From a virus: a stretch of DNA of 64,000 nt. A program made the translations under genes and the position numbers. Shown one piece after another: positions 1 through 8,886 of this stretch. Within the stretch, counting starts at the first letter, position 1, and every line of letters begins with the position of its first letter. The stretch lies in the IMG/VR virus record IMGVR_UViG_3300006310_000773, one strand, 5' to 3'. Below the pieces are notes generated by a model. That model searched no databases. It saw only the letters and a list, made by a program, of their open reading frames with translations, and was not told the origin of the DNA.

Positions 1-2
1 TT

Positions 3-248
3 GATGATGTTAAAATAGAAGACGGTATAATTGTAAATAAATATTGTGAAACATGTTATCCTGTTGGTAGAAAGTTCTCAGGAAAGTTTGTTTTAGTTGG
101 TTCTGATAATCCACATCTATCTTGTATTAATCCGATAAATAGTTGTCAACAAATTATAGATCAAAATCAATTAACAACAATTCATTATAAAACTGAAATA
201 AAAGGTAAACATAATTATTATTTGGTGGTAGGATGCAATCAACTATAG
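3..248 (+). CDS. Partial CDS (5' truncated), paralog of the C-terminal part of the downstream methyltransferase-like protein
   Basis: Open frame from position 3 to TAG at 246-248. CINPINSCQQIIDQNQL aligns with HINCVHNVEELIEKNQI of 233..1126. Confidence 0.6.
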   Translation, partial: DDVKIEDGIIVNKYCETCYPVGRKFSGKFVLVGSDNPHLSCINPINSCQQIIDQNQLTTIHYKTEIKGKHNYYLVVGCNQL

Positions 249-1126
249 AAAAATTAAAAAAATTTGAAGATAATATTGAAAAGAAAAATCAAGAAATTAG
301 AGATTCTGCAGGAAATATTAGAAAAACTATTGGAAAATTAAAAAATGATGTTAGAAAAACTATTGGAAAATATAAAACAAATATTGGAAAAAATAAAAAA
401 CATGTAAGTGATACCACAAAAAAAATTAATAAATTACCATATCATAAAATAGAACAATGGATAATAAACAATCAGGTTGGTAGTTTAGAAAGTTATCAAG
501 ATTCTTTATCACATGGACAATTATCTTCAAAACAATGGTTAGTTAACAAATTACCCAAAGGAAAAGATTTATATCTTGAAGTTATTTCAGACGGAACGCC
601 AACTATTTTAGGATATACACAACATTTGCCTTTGGTCAATAGTGAAGGTAATACTGACCCATACCCTGAATCATCTTTATATATTGAAATTATTGGTGGA
701 TGGTTTGGTTGTCCATTAATAGATCTGTTACATTCTAAATTAGAAATAAAAAAAATAGACTTTTATGAAAAAGATGAATTATGTAAAAAAATATTAGCAC
801 AATATCTAAATCATTTTGAATTTCCCTTTGAGGTTTCTATTTTCGGAGATTTTTTTGAAAGAAAAGAAATTAGACGTAGAGATTTAATCATTAATACCTC
901 AGGAGAACATATGGAAGATATTATAAAAATGAAACATTATTTTAAAGGAAATCCTGTAGTTGCTATACAATCAAATGATTATTTTGGATTAGATGAACAT
1001 ATCAATTGTGTTCATAATGTTGAAGAATTAATTGAAAAAAATCAAATTAAAAATGTGGTATATAAAGGTGAATTAGATTTTCCAAAATATACAAGATATA
1101 TGACCATAGGTCACTGGTATGTTTAA
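233..1126 (+). CDS. SAM-dependent methyltransferase-like protein
   Basis: GQLSSKQWL, IIGGWFG glycine loop and INTSGEHM motifs; Lys-rich repeated N-terminus. Confidence 0.6.
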   Translation: MQSTIEKLKKFEDNIEKKNQEIRDSAGNIRKTIGKLKNDVRKTIGKYKTNIGKNKKHVSDTTKKINKLPYHKIEQWIINNQVGSLESYQDSLSHGQLSSKQWLVNKLPKGKDLYLEVISDGTPTILGYTQHLPLVNSEGNTDPYPESSLYIEIIGGWFGCPLIDLLHSKLEIKKIDFYEKDELCKKILAQYLNHFEFPFEVSIFGDFFERKEIRRRDLIINTSGEHMEDIIKMKHYFKGNPVVAIQSNDYFGLDEHINCVHNVEELIEKNQIKNVVYKGELDFPKYTRYMTIGHWYV

Positions 1127-1754
1127 ATATGCGGTTGCATGTATATGTGTTGGTGACAAATACAATGTAAAAGATGTAAAACGTTTAGAAAAAATGGTTT
1201 TTGAAAATACCACATATAATATAAACTTTCGAGTATTTGATGAACCTATTCTTCCCAAATGGTGGACTAAAGTTTTATATCATTCCCCAATGATAGAACC
1301 ATTTGAAGAAGAAGTCGTTTTAGCTTTTGATTTAGACGTGATCATAAAAGGAAACATAGATCCCCTATTTGATTGGGTAGAACAACAAGATTATTTGTGT
1401 GCATGTTGGTGTAGGTGGAGAGAACATATGGAAGATTTTGAAAAACGCCGGTCACAAAAAGAATGTTGCACCCCCTATAACTCTTCTATATTAGGATGGA
1501 AACCAAACAGCAGTTTAAAAGTGTGGGAGAAATTTGAATTTGAAGATATTGAAAAATGTGGTGGATTTGATACATATCTTTGGATGAAATATCTTGATCC
1601 CATTCGTATACCAGACCATTTTTATTATTCTGCTAGTTATTCTAATTATCAAGAATTAGATTATCCAATAGCCATTTTTAATAAAGGATATTCTGATGGA
1701 CTAGAAAAGGAAGAAATATATTCTACTGTTCCTTGGACTAAAAAATATATCTAA
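1119..1754 (+). CDS. Glycosyltransferase (GT-A fold)
   Basis: CVGDKY, WWTKV, FDLDVII (DxD) and YNSSIL motifs. Confidence 0.75.
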   Translation: MFKYAVACICVGDKYNVKDVKRLEKMVFENTTYNINFRVFDEPILPKWWTKVLYHSPMIEPFEEEVVLAFDLDVIIKGNIDPLFDWVEQQDYLCACWCRWREHMEDFEKRRSQKECCTPYNSSILGWKPNSSLKVWEKFEFEDIEKCGGFDTYLWMKYLDPIRIPDHFYYSASYSNYQELDYPIAIFNKGYSDGLEKEEIYSTVPWTKKYI

Positions 1755-2422
1755 TACCAAACACCATTAGGACTTTCATGAACTAATCCTATATCCTCTT
1801 TTAAAACTTCATTACAAAATTCCACATCATCATGAAAATCATTATTCATCATAAATCCTATTGAAAATCTATTACAGTCCGTTCCTGCACAATGCCAAGC
1901 ATATTCTTTTTTTTCTTCAACATGATCTAAATGACTAGTAATTTTCATAGATTTAATATTCCATCCTGCAGAATCTTGATATTCTTCAATTTTTTTTGAA
2001 TCACCATAAACTTTAAAAATACCATCACCTGTTTCTGACCAAGAAAATATTATATTTTTGCCTGGGATATTCGCATTATGATGCCAAGCAATATATCCAC
2101 CAGGAGGATAATGTTGACATAAAGGACTTCTTCTTGCTCCCACTAAAGAAGCTAATTTAGTTGACAATTTTAAAAGTTCTTCATGAGGTTCAGAAGCTTC
2201 CAGACCAAAATCATTTGATAATATATGTGTAGGCCCGCCAGAGCCTGAATCACCTTCCATTATATTAAACAAATATTCATCAGAAATAGCCTCTTCTTTT
2301 GAAATTATTTCTCTTTTATTTCTATCTTCAATATTTCCATCACTTTTAATAAAATCGAATACAAAAGGTTCAAATAATTTTAAAATTTTTAAAATATCTT
2401 GTGGTATATCTTTTTCAATCAT
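1751..2422 (-). CDS. 2OG-Fe(II) oxygenase-like protein
   Basis: YPPGGYIAWHHN ... WHCAGTDCNRFSIG. Confidence 0.55.
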   Translation of the reverse strand: MIEKDIPQDILKILKLFEPFVFDFIKSDGNIEDRNKREIISKEEAISDEYLFNIMEGDSGSGGPTHILSNDFGLEASEPHEELLKLSTKLASLVGARRSPLCQHYPPGGYIAWHHNANIPGKNIIFSWSETGDGIFKVYGDSKKIEEYQDSAGWNIKSMKITSHLDHVEEKKEYAWHCAGTDCNRFSIGFMMNNDFHDDVEFCNEVLKEDIGLVHESPNGVWY

Positions 2423-3146
2423 GCCAACCTGTTCCTTTGGGATAACTTAAAAATACAATATCTGAATAATTAACATTTTCTATTTCACAATCATATCCTG
2501 GTGCTGTAAAATTCCATAAACAATCGTCATTTTTTGTTGTATTAAAATACCAATTCCATTTTATATCATTTCTGTACCATTCATCTTCTTTATCACATAA
2601 CATTAAATGTAATGGAAATTGATCCCACATTTCAACAGGACCTTTCTCATATTTAAAATCCCATCTTGAATGCCAATTATGCTTCATCTTCCATTGCCAA
2701 TTATTCCACCATTCCTCCATAAATGTTTTCATTTTTTTATTATTTTTCCAAACAAAAGCACCACCATGAGGTCTTTCTTCTTCATGAATGTTCCACCAAC
2801 ATGCTGATGCACAATAAGGTCTAATTTTCGTAAAAACTATATCATTATCACAAAGTGCTTCAAATACATTATTTGCATTGTCTGATAAACAAACTACATC
2901 AGCATCTAAAAAACATGTAATATCATAGGGGGTTTTTGTTAATGCCCACAATTTAGCCCTGATTGTTTTAGGAGCACCACCAATAACATTGTCAAATATA
3001 TGATTTCCTGGATCTAAGATCCATTCATTGTCAGTAACTAATGTGATTGGATATTGTGTATATTCTTTTATGCTGTCGGCGAGGAGTTGTGCCGCAGTAA
3101 GAAATCTTTTATTTTTGGAAGCGACAACAAGAAATCCATTATTCAT
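2415..3146 (-). CDS. Glycosyltransferase (GT8-like)
   Basis: TPYDITCFLDAD (DxD) and WDQF motifs. Start moved to MNNGFLVV to avoid a long overlap. Confidence 0.7.
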   Translation of the reverse strand: MNNGFLVVASKNKRFLTAAQLLADSIKEYTQYPITLVTDNEWILDPGNHIFDNVIGGAPKTIRAKLWALTKTPYDITCFLDADVVCLSDNANNVFEALCDNDIVFTKIRPYCASACWWNIHEEERPHGGAFVWKNNKKMKTFMEEWWNNWQWKMKHNWHSRWDFKYEKGPVEMWDQFPLHLMLCDKEDEWYRNDIKWNWYFNTTKNDDCLWNFTAPGYDCEIENVNYSDIVFLSYPKGTGWHD

Positions 3147-3606
3147 TTTCTTCAATTGCTGGTTTGAGAACATTTCCCCATTCAGTAAGACCATGAATTG
3201 GATCACTGATTGATTTTAGTAATAATACAGTAACCCATGCATTTAATTCTACAAGATTTGTTGATTTTCTTATTTTGGAACGAAGAATTTTATCTTTAGA
3301 CTCTTTCACTTCTGATATTTCAAATGCTTTTAATTTTGTATCAAATAATGTTTTTAAATCATCTTGAGCTTTATCTGATTCTTCTTCTTTTTTTTGATTT
3401 ATTATTTTTCTTTGAGAATGGGCATGTGAGAAATCATCTATTTCTTTAGGAGTAAATTTTTTGAAAAATTCTTCCCAATGTTCTGTTCCTACAGAGGTTT
3501 GTATCGAATATGTATCATCATCATTTGCGTTTTTTAATAAAATTGCAATAGAGGTTTTTTCAGAATTAGTCCAAATTCCTTCAACCACTTCATCACTAAA
3601 TATCAT
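3139..3606 (-). CDS. Hypothetical protein
   Basis: ORF tiles the minus-strand operon. Confidence 0.6.
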   Translation of the reverse strand: MIFSDEVVEGIWTNSEKTSIAILLKNANDDDTYSIQTSVGTEHWEEFFKKFTPKEIDDFSHAHSQRKIINQKKEEESDKAQDDLKTLFDTKLKAFEISEVKESKDKILRSKIRKSTNLVELNAWVTVLLLKSISDPIHGLTEWGNVLKPAIEENE

Positions 3607-3622
3607 AATTTATCCTATTATA

Positions 3623-4717
3623 TTATCCAATTCTCTTATAAAGATTATAAGCGTTTATAACGTTAGAGCTTCCATCATTTTGAATTGTAGCTCCTGTCCA
3701 ATACCCAGTATATTGTCCAGTATATTGCCCGCTATATTGTGTACCATATTGTCCAGTATACCACGGCCCGTATCGAGCTCCACCAAAATTTCCATATTGT
3801 ACTCTATATTGTCCTGACCACTGACCAGTATATTGTCCGGTATATTGTCCGCTATATTGTGTAGAATATTGTTGATTTGCTACAGAACACATATAGTCAG
3901 TGAATCCCCCAACTTGTGTCCAAGTTCCAGATCCAGATGCTGATCCCGTTTTTATTTCATAATCTCCCACATTATTTCCACCACTGCCTCCAGTAATACG
4001 ATTTATCCAATGTGCGACTAATGTTTCTATTTCCGCATCTGTCATTTCTTGAACATCTCCACCAGTTCCCTTATATTTTACTGGTTGAAAGCTTCCCACA
4101 CTACCTGTAGAAGTTTTTCTCCAAAGATAAATATTTGTGCTATGTGAATCTTGTGCGGTGGTTTGTGCATAGTCTATATGTTCTCCACCAGAAGGGGGGT
4201 TAGTTCCTGTTGTAACATTTATCCACGTTCCTCCTAATGAACCTGAGGGCTCGCTTGCTCCCAAATAATATGTACCAACTCCTGTATTACTTCCCGTTAA
4301 AACATATACTTCTTGACAACATCTCATAATATCATCTACCAATTTAGCGGCATTCATTTCTTGTAAAACGCCCGATCCTTCCCAAGCTAAAGGCCACACC
4401 TCTCCTCCTGTGGCTTCTGCAGAATTATCATTCGCTGCAAGACCATATTCACTGATTGTAGAAGATCCACTACCAGTAGGATGATACCCCACAGCATCAT
4501 CTCTTTTAGTATCAATGAAGTATCCTAAATTTCCAGTTGTAGTTGTTGCTCTTAATTGAATGTTTCCGCGTTGTGCATCAGATTGGTCACTTGCCCATTT
4601 TGCTAAAATAACAGGAACAATTTTATCCTTTATATCAGCATCTGTCATTTCTCTTAAACTGCTGTTACCTGGGTCTAAATCTGATACCCACAACGGTCTG
4701 TTATCACCTGCCGCCAT
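3623..4717 (-). CDS. Virion structural or tail-associated protein with C-terminal Y-x-G-Q repeats
   Basis: Three (L/V)(R/Q)EM(T/N) modules, Gly/Thr/Ser-rich; follows the tail fibre genes. Confidence 0.65.
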   Translation of the reverse strand: MAAGDNRPLWVSDLDPGNSSLREMTDADIKDKIVPVILAKWASDQSDAQRGNIQLRATTTTGNLGYFIDTKRDDAVGYHPTGSGSSTISEYGLAANDNSAEATGGEVWPLAWEGSGVLQEMNAAKLVDDIMRCCQEVYVLTGSNTGVGTYYLGASEPSGSLGGTWINVTTGTNPPSGGEHIDYAQTTAQDSHSTNIYLWRKTSTGSVGSFQPVKYKGTGGDVQEMTDAEIETLVAHWINRITGGSGGNNVGDYEIKTGSASGSGTWTQVGGFTDYMCSVANQQYSTQYSGQYTGQYTGQWSGQYRVQYGNFGGARYGPWYTGQYGTQYSGQYTGQYTGYWTGATIQNDGSSNVINAYNLYKRIG

Positions 4718-4730
4718 ATTTTATCCTTTA

Positions 4731-5717
4731 TTATGGTCCTAATCTTGTTCCTGAGGTATTGAATACACCAAAAGTAACCCATTGTGCTAATCCATTTCCG
4801 TCAGAATCTTGTAACAATTTATACTGTGCGGGAGATCCGCCTGAAATTGTAACAGTATTAGATAAAGTTACAGTATTTCCATGTCCCATTGTTATAGCTA
4901 CATCTCTACCCAATCCACCAAGAAGACCACTATCAATAATGACTTCTTGTGCTGCATTCATTGTAATAGTATCTTCTGCTTCAGAATTTTGAATAATATT
5001 TCCGGATAATTTAAGCTTATCAGCAGTTACTTGTACGGTTCCGTCTACAGCATTATCAATGGTTTCTCCGTTGCCAAATGTAATAGTATTTCCACCAAAT
5101 GATACATTATCTGTTATCTCCCATTTGGATCCTGAATCATTCCACAATATACTATGATCAGTCGCTCCATCATTTACTTGAATTCCAGCACCAGTAGCAG
5201 TTGCTGTAGTTTTTATCGCCGCATTTGATAATTCAATAGTTTTGTCTGTAGTTACAAGAGTTGTTGATTCTACTTTAGTTTGTGTACCCTGAACAGTTAA
5301 ATTTCCTGTAATAACTGTATGGGCCGCCGCTAATTGTAAATGAGAAGTTGTGGCTGTGATTTGAGATGTATTAACAAATATTCTCTCATTCCCTGCACCA
5401 GCATCTCCTGCATAAATTTTTATTTCATCTTCATCATTACCCCATCCTTCATGGACTGTAATTTTTGTATCTTGATCTTTATCTATTAAATCATTTAATG
5501 CTATCCACTCCGCATCATGATATCCTTCATATTTTCCTAAAGTTGAATTATATCTAACTTGACCAGTGTTCGGACCATACACTCCCGCGGGTCTTTGAGC
5601 AGTGGTTCCAACAGGAACGGTCATATAACCAGTAGTGTTAAAAATCGTGTTTCCTGTAATTACCTGATCACCATCGATATCAACTGTTTGTGATAATTCA
5701 TAAGCTCGTGATGTCAT
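4731..5717 (-). CDS. Tail fibre-like protein
   Basis: PVGTTAQRP...VRYNSTLGKYEGY and DQDTKITV modules shared with 6228..8672. Confidence 0.7.
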   Translation of the reverse strand: MTSRAYELSQTVDIDGDQVITGNTIFNTTGYMTVPVGTTAQRPAGVYGPNTGQVRYNSTLGKYEGYHDAEWIALNDLIDKDQDTKITVHEGWGNDEDEIKIYAGDAGAGNERIFVNTSQITATTSHLQLAAAHTVITGNLTVQGTQTKVESTTLVTTDKTIELSNAAIKTTATATGAGIQVNDGATDHSILWNDSGSKWEITDNVSFGGNTITFGNGETIDNAVDGTVQVTADKLKLSGNIIQNSEAEDTITMNAAQEVIIDSGLLGGLGRDVAITMGHGNTVTLSNTVTISGGSPAQYKLLQDSDGNGLAQWVTFGVFNTSGTRLGP

Positions 5718-5722
5718 TTTTA

Positions 5723-6238
5723 TTATTCCTTCGTTTTATTTTTAGTAATCCAATTGTCGATGGATGTCCAATCGACCCAATCTTCTAATTGATTTAATGC
5801 TTTAAAGGTCATATTTTGTAATCCTCCAAAATTAGGAGAAAATAGATCATTGTCTATCATATCACCCGCATCCATTTTTGTAATATCTAATTCTACAATA
5901 CTATCATTTAATATATTTATGTCATTTAATGATTCTTCGTGCTTACTCTGATCAACTGCCCAAGTATTTGTAGCTGGGTCATGTGTTCCATATTTATTTA
6001 ATATTTCTGCTCTATTATTTAAATAAATTTGATGATGTTGTTTAATTGCTCTTGCGCATATAAACAATTTCCAAAAAATTGCAGTTTTGTCCCAATCTCG
6101 TTGTAAATATGCACTTGTCTGAAAATATTTTGTCCATAATTCATTTATAAAAATGACATATTCTTCATCAGTAAAATATGCATATCTAATTTTCACATTT
6201 TTATCATTATTTACAACTTTTTCTTTTTTATTCTTCAA
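5723..6238 (-). CDS. Hypothetical protein in the tail fibre operon
   Basis: ORF between two fibre genes. Confidence 0.6.
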   Translation of the reverse strand: MKNKKEKVVNNDKNVKIRYAYFTDEEYVIFINELWTKYFQTSAYLQRDWDKTAIFWKLFICARAIKQHHQIYLNNRAEILNKYGTHDPATNTWAVDQSKHEESLNDINILNDSIVELDITKMDAGDMIDNDLFSPNFGGLQNMTFKALNQLEDWVDWTSIDNWITKNKTKE

Positions 6239-8672
6239 TTTCTTCCATTAATATTTTATATTTTTTACCTGTCAAATTATTTGTTAATGACAAGTAATCA
6301 CTTTCCTCGACGACTTTCCAATCGCCACGTTCATTTTTCAAATTTAAGTCAGAAGTATATATGTTAGCCCATCTTAAAGAATCACTTCCCATATCTCTCG
6401 TTCCATTAGCATCAGGTAAAACATCTGAAGCGAAAAAACCTCCAGACATATCAATATTCGAGTTAAATGTCGCTAATCCTGTAAAAGAAGATGTAGTTCC
6501 CACCAAAAGATTATCTTCAATTTCTATTGCTCCACAATGGAAATTTTCATAATCCGCTATTGTTATATTTCCTGCTGCTGATCCATCATCTCCTACACGA
6601 CATGTTGAAAATTCATCCAAACTTTCATCCCAAATAAATGCCGTATTTCCAAGATCATTAGTTCCTCTAATGAATACAAATCCGGTATCATAAGCATTAT
6701 TTGTTGGTACTGCTGAAAAATTATTAAGAACTATAAACGGATCTGTTATAGTCATAGTATCAGAACTAACTTCAGTAGTTGTTCCTGTAATATGTAAATT
6801 ACCAATAAGAGTTGTGTCTTGACCTGACGGGGTTATTGTTAATTCACCAGCCGCATTCGTCGCAAAAGTAGTATTTGCCGCAAAACTATGTAATAATTTT
6901 AATTGAATTGCATCAGTTCCATTACCCTTAACATCTAATGTAACTGCTGGTTCTTTAACGCCAATACCAACTCTATCATTATGTACATCAACAGCAAATG
7001 TCGCGTTAGCATGTGATACAGGATCAACACCAATATAAGTATTAGCTTGAACAGAAGACCATCCGGCGGTGTTTGCCCATCTATCTTTAGTATAAACATC
7101 AGTATTTTCAAAAGAAGTCCACGCCCAAGATTCAACTATATTACCTACTGTTTGAGCTGGAATAGTAACAGAAGTTGCATTAGTTGCTGTCAATAAACTT
7201 TGATCAATTTTCACTCCTTCACTAAATACTTCAATCATTCCAGGAGTATATCCACCATTAATCGTAAACGTTGTCTGACTAGCGGTTGCTACAAATCTCT
7301 CTTTTGTCATTGCCGCTTTGGATAAATCTGTTGCAGCCATTGACATAACATCTATTATATCATCTACTCCAACGGTAAAGTTAAGAAAAGTTATAGCACT
7401 TCCTAATACATCAGTGTCATAATCAGCAGAATCCAGTTTAATACCGTTCACGAATACTTGTAACCAATTTGGATTATATTGTGCACTTACTGAGGTAGTT
7501 GAATCTGTCGGTGCCTCAATTCTTGTATTATATACTGTTGTGGATGGAGAGAGTTGATACCACGCCGCTGCTGTATTTGAGTAATACTCCATTTGTCCTT
7601 TACCGGCATCATACTCTTTATTAAATCTAAGCATACCATCTTCAAGATCAGTCGATGGTCTTTGTGCTGAAGATCCTGATGGAACAGTAATAGAAGTCTC
7701 ACCATCTCTTCCTAAAATATTATGACAAAATACGTTGTTAGCCCATACTGATTGTACTCTCTGGTCTGTTTTTCCTATATGAAGTTCAGTTCCGCTACCG
7801 GACCAACTACTTGGTAAAAAATATCCATCATCAGTATCACTTCCAATATACCATCTCTCTGTTCCTTCAGTATAAAATTTAATTTCGTCTTCATCTCCGC
7901 CATGAGTAGTTTCAACAGTTATTTTTGTGTCTTGGTCTGAATCAATAGCTCCACCTAATGACATAAAAGTATTAGAAACATGATCATAACCCTCATATCT
8001 GTCTAATGTTGTATTATATCTAATTACTCCGCGTAAAGAATGATCTGCATTTGTGGTACTAGATAAATCTGTAATTTCTGGTCTATCTGAAGTTTCGCCA
8101 GAAGGTATTTTTAAATGTGAAGTTGTGTTTGCTCCAACCGTGTCCCATACATAAAGGTTTTTCCATCTTTCCCCATTATTACCTAAACTAATTGCAGTAT
8201 TTGTTAAACCAATTGGAGGTAATGGTGTAATATCTGCGGCAATGTCTCCCACTATTGTTACAGTATCTACGTCTGCATCATCACCTAATTGAATATTTCC
8301 TTCTGCTTTAACTACTCCTGCTACGTAAACTGATCCGCCGACATTTAAACTTTTTTGAACTGAAATACCACCTTTAAATATAGCGGAGCCTGTGGACAAA
8401 CTTGCTCCAAAATCATCACTTGTACCATCTGTCACATCTCGTAAACTATTGGAGGTTATTCCACCTTCTCCTGTTGTATTGAATTCTATTGATCCATTTG
8501 CTATTAAATCACCAATTCTTATTCCACCATTTCCATCATCATCTCTTCTTACTACTGTATTTGCGATACCTGCGTCTGTTCCAGCATTAACGTCGGCAAT
8601 GACCAAGTTGGTCTGATTACGCCACGTTTCAAAGGTATCAGTTAAAGCTACGTTTGCGAATGAAGTTGCCAT
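6228..8672 (-). CDS. Long tail fibre-like protein
   Basis: N-terminal TDTFETWRNQTN, repeated P-x-G...RP...R(Y/F)N modules, C-terminal RWANIYTSDLNLKNERGDW domain typical of marine phage fibres. Confidence 0.75.
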   Translation of the reverse strand: MATSFANVALTDTFETWRNQTNLVIADVNAGTDAGIANTVVRRDDDGNGGIRIGDLIANGSIEFNTTGEGGITSNSLRDVTDGTSDDFGASLSTGSAIFKGGISVQKSLNVGGSVYVAGVVKAEGNIQLGDDADVDTVTIVGDIAADITPLPPIGLTNTAISLGNNGERWKNLYVWDTVGANTTSHLKIPSGETSDRPEITDLSSTTNADHSLRGVIRYNTTLDRYEGYDHVSNTFMSLGGAIDSDQDTKITVETTHGGDEDEIKFYTEGTERWYIGSDTDDGYFLPSSWSGSGTELHIGKTDQRVQSVWANNVFCHNILGRDGETSITVPSGSSAQRPSTDLEDGMLRFNKEYDAGKGQMEYYSNTAAAWYQLSPSTTVYNTRIEAPTDSTTSVSAQYNPNWLQVFVNGIKLDSADYDTDVLGSAITFLNFTVGVDDIIDVMSMAATDLSKAAMTKERFVATASQTTFTINGGYTPGMIEVFSEGVKIDQSLLTATNATSVTIPAQTVGNIVESWAWTSFENTDVYTKDRWANTAGWSSVQANTYIGVDPVSHANATFAVDVHNDRVGIGVKEPAVTLDVKGNGTDAIQLKLLHSFAANTTFATNAAGELTITPSGQDTTLIGNLHITGTTTEVSSDTMTITDPFIVLNNFSAVPTNNAYDTGFVFIRGTNDLGNTAFIWDESLDEFSTCRVGDDGSAAGNITIADYENFHCGAIEIEDNLLVGTTSSFTGLATFNSNIDMSGGFFASDVLPDANGTRDMGSDSLRWANIYTSDLNLKNERGDWKVVEESDYLSLTNNLTGKKYKILMEEIEE

Positions 8673-8682
8673 GTGTTAATCC

Positions 8683-8886
8683 CTAATAGTTAATAAATTT
8701 TTTAATTTCTAATATTTCCGCTTTTATTTCAGAAATTTCCGTCTTTAGTGTATTTATCTCCGCTTGTCTACTGTCAGCTTGCCTTTTCACTAATCTATGG
8801 GCAGTTAATGCATCTATATCATTTCTTAATATTGCATTGCTTTCAGTATCTTTCAGAAATCCTGGAGCGTCTGTTAAAATTTTCAT
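8683..8886 (-). CDS. Small conserved hypothetical protein
   Basis: KDTESNAIL followed by a coiled coil; overlaps the stop of the VrlC-like gene. Confidence 0.6.
   Translation of the reverse strand: MKILTDAPGFLKDTESNAILRNDIDALTAHRLVKRQADSRQAEINTLKTEISEIKAEILEIKKFINY

Noticed and set aside
318-371. 21-nt direct repeat (ttagaaaaactattggaaaat, twice)
   Set aside because: It is an in-frame coding duplication in a low-complexity Lys-rich N-terminus.
3623-8672. Diversity-generating retroelement acting on the tail fibres
   Set aside because: No reverse transcriptase and no adenine-variant template/variable repeat pair is visible in the window.
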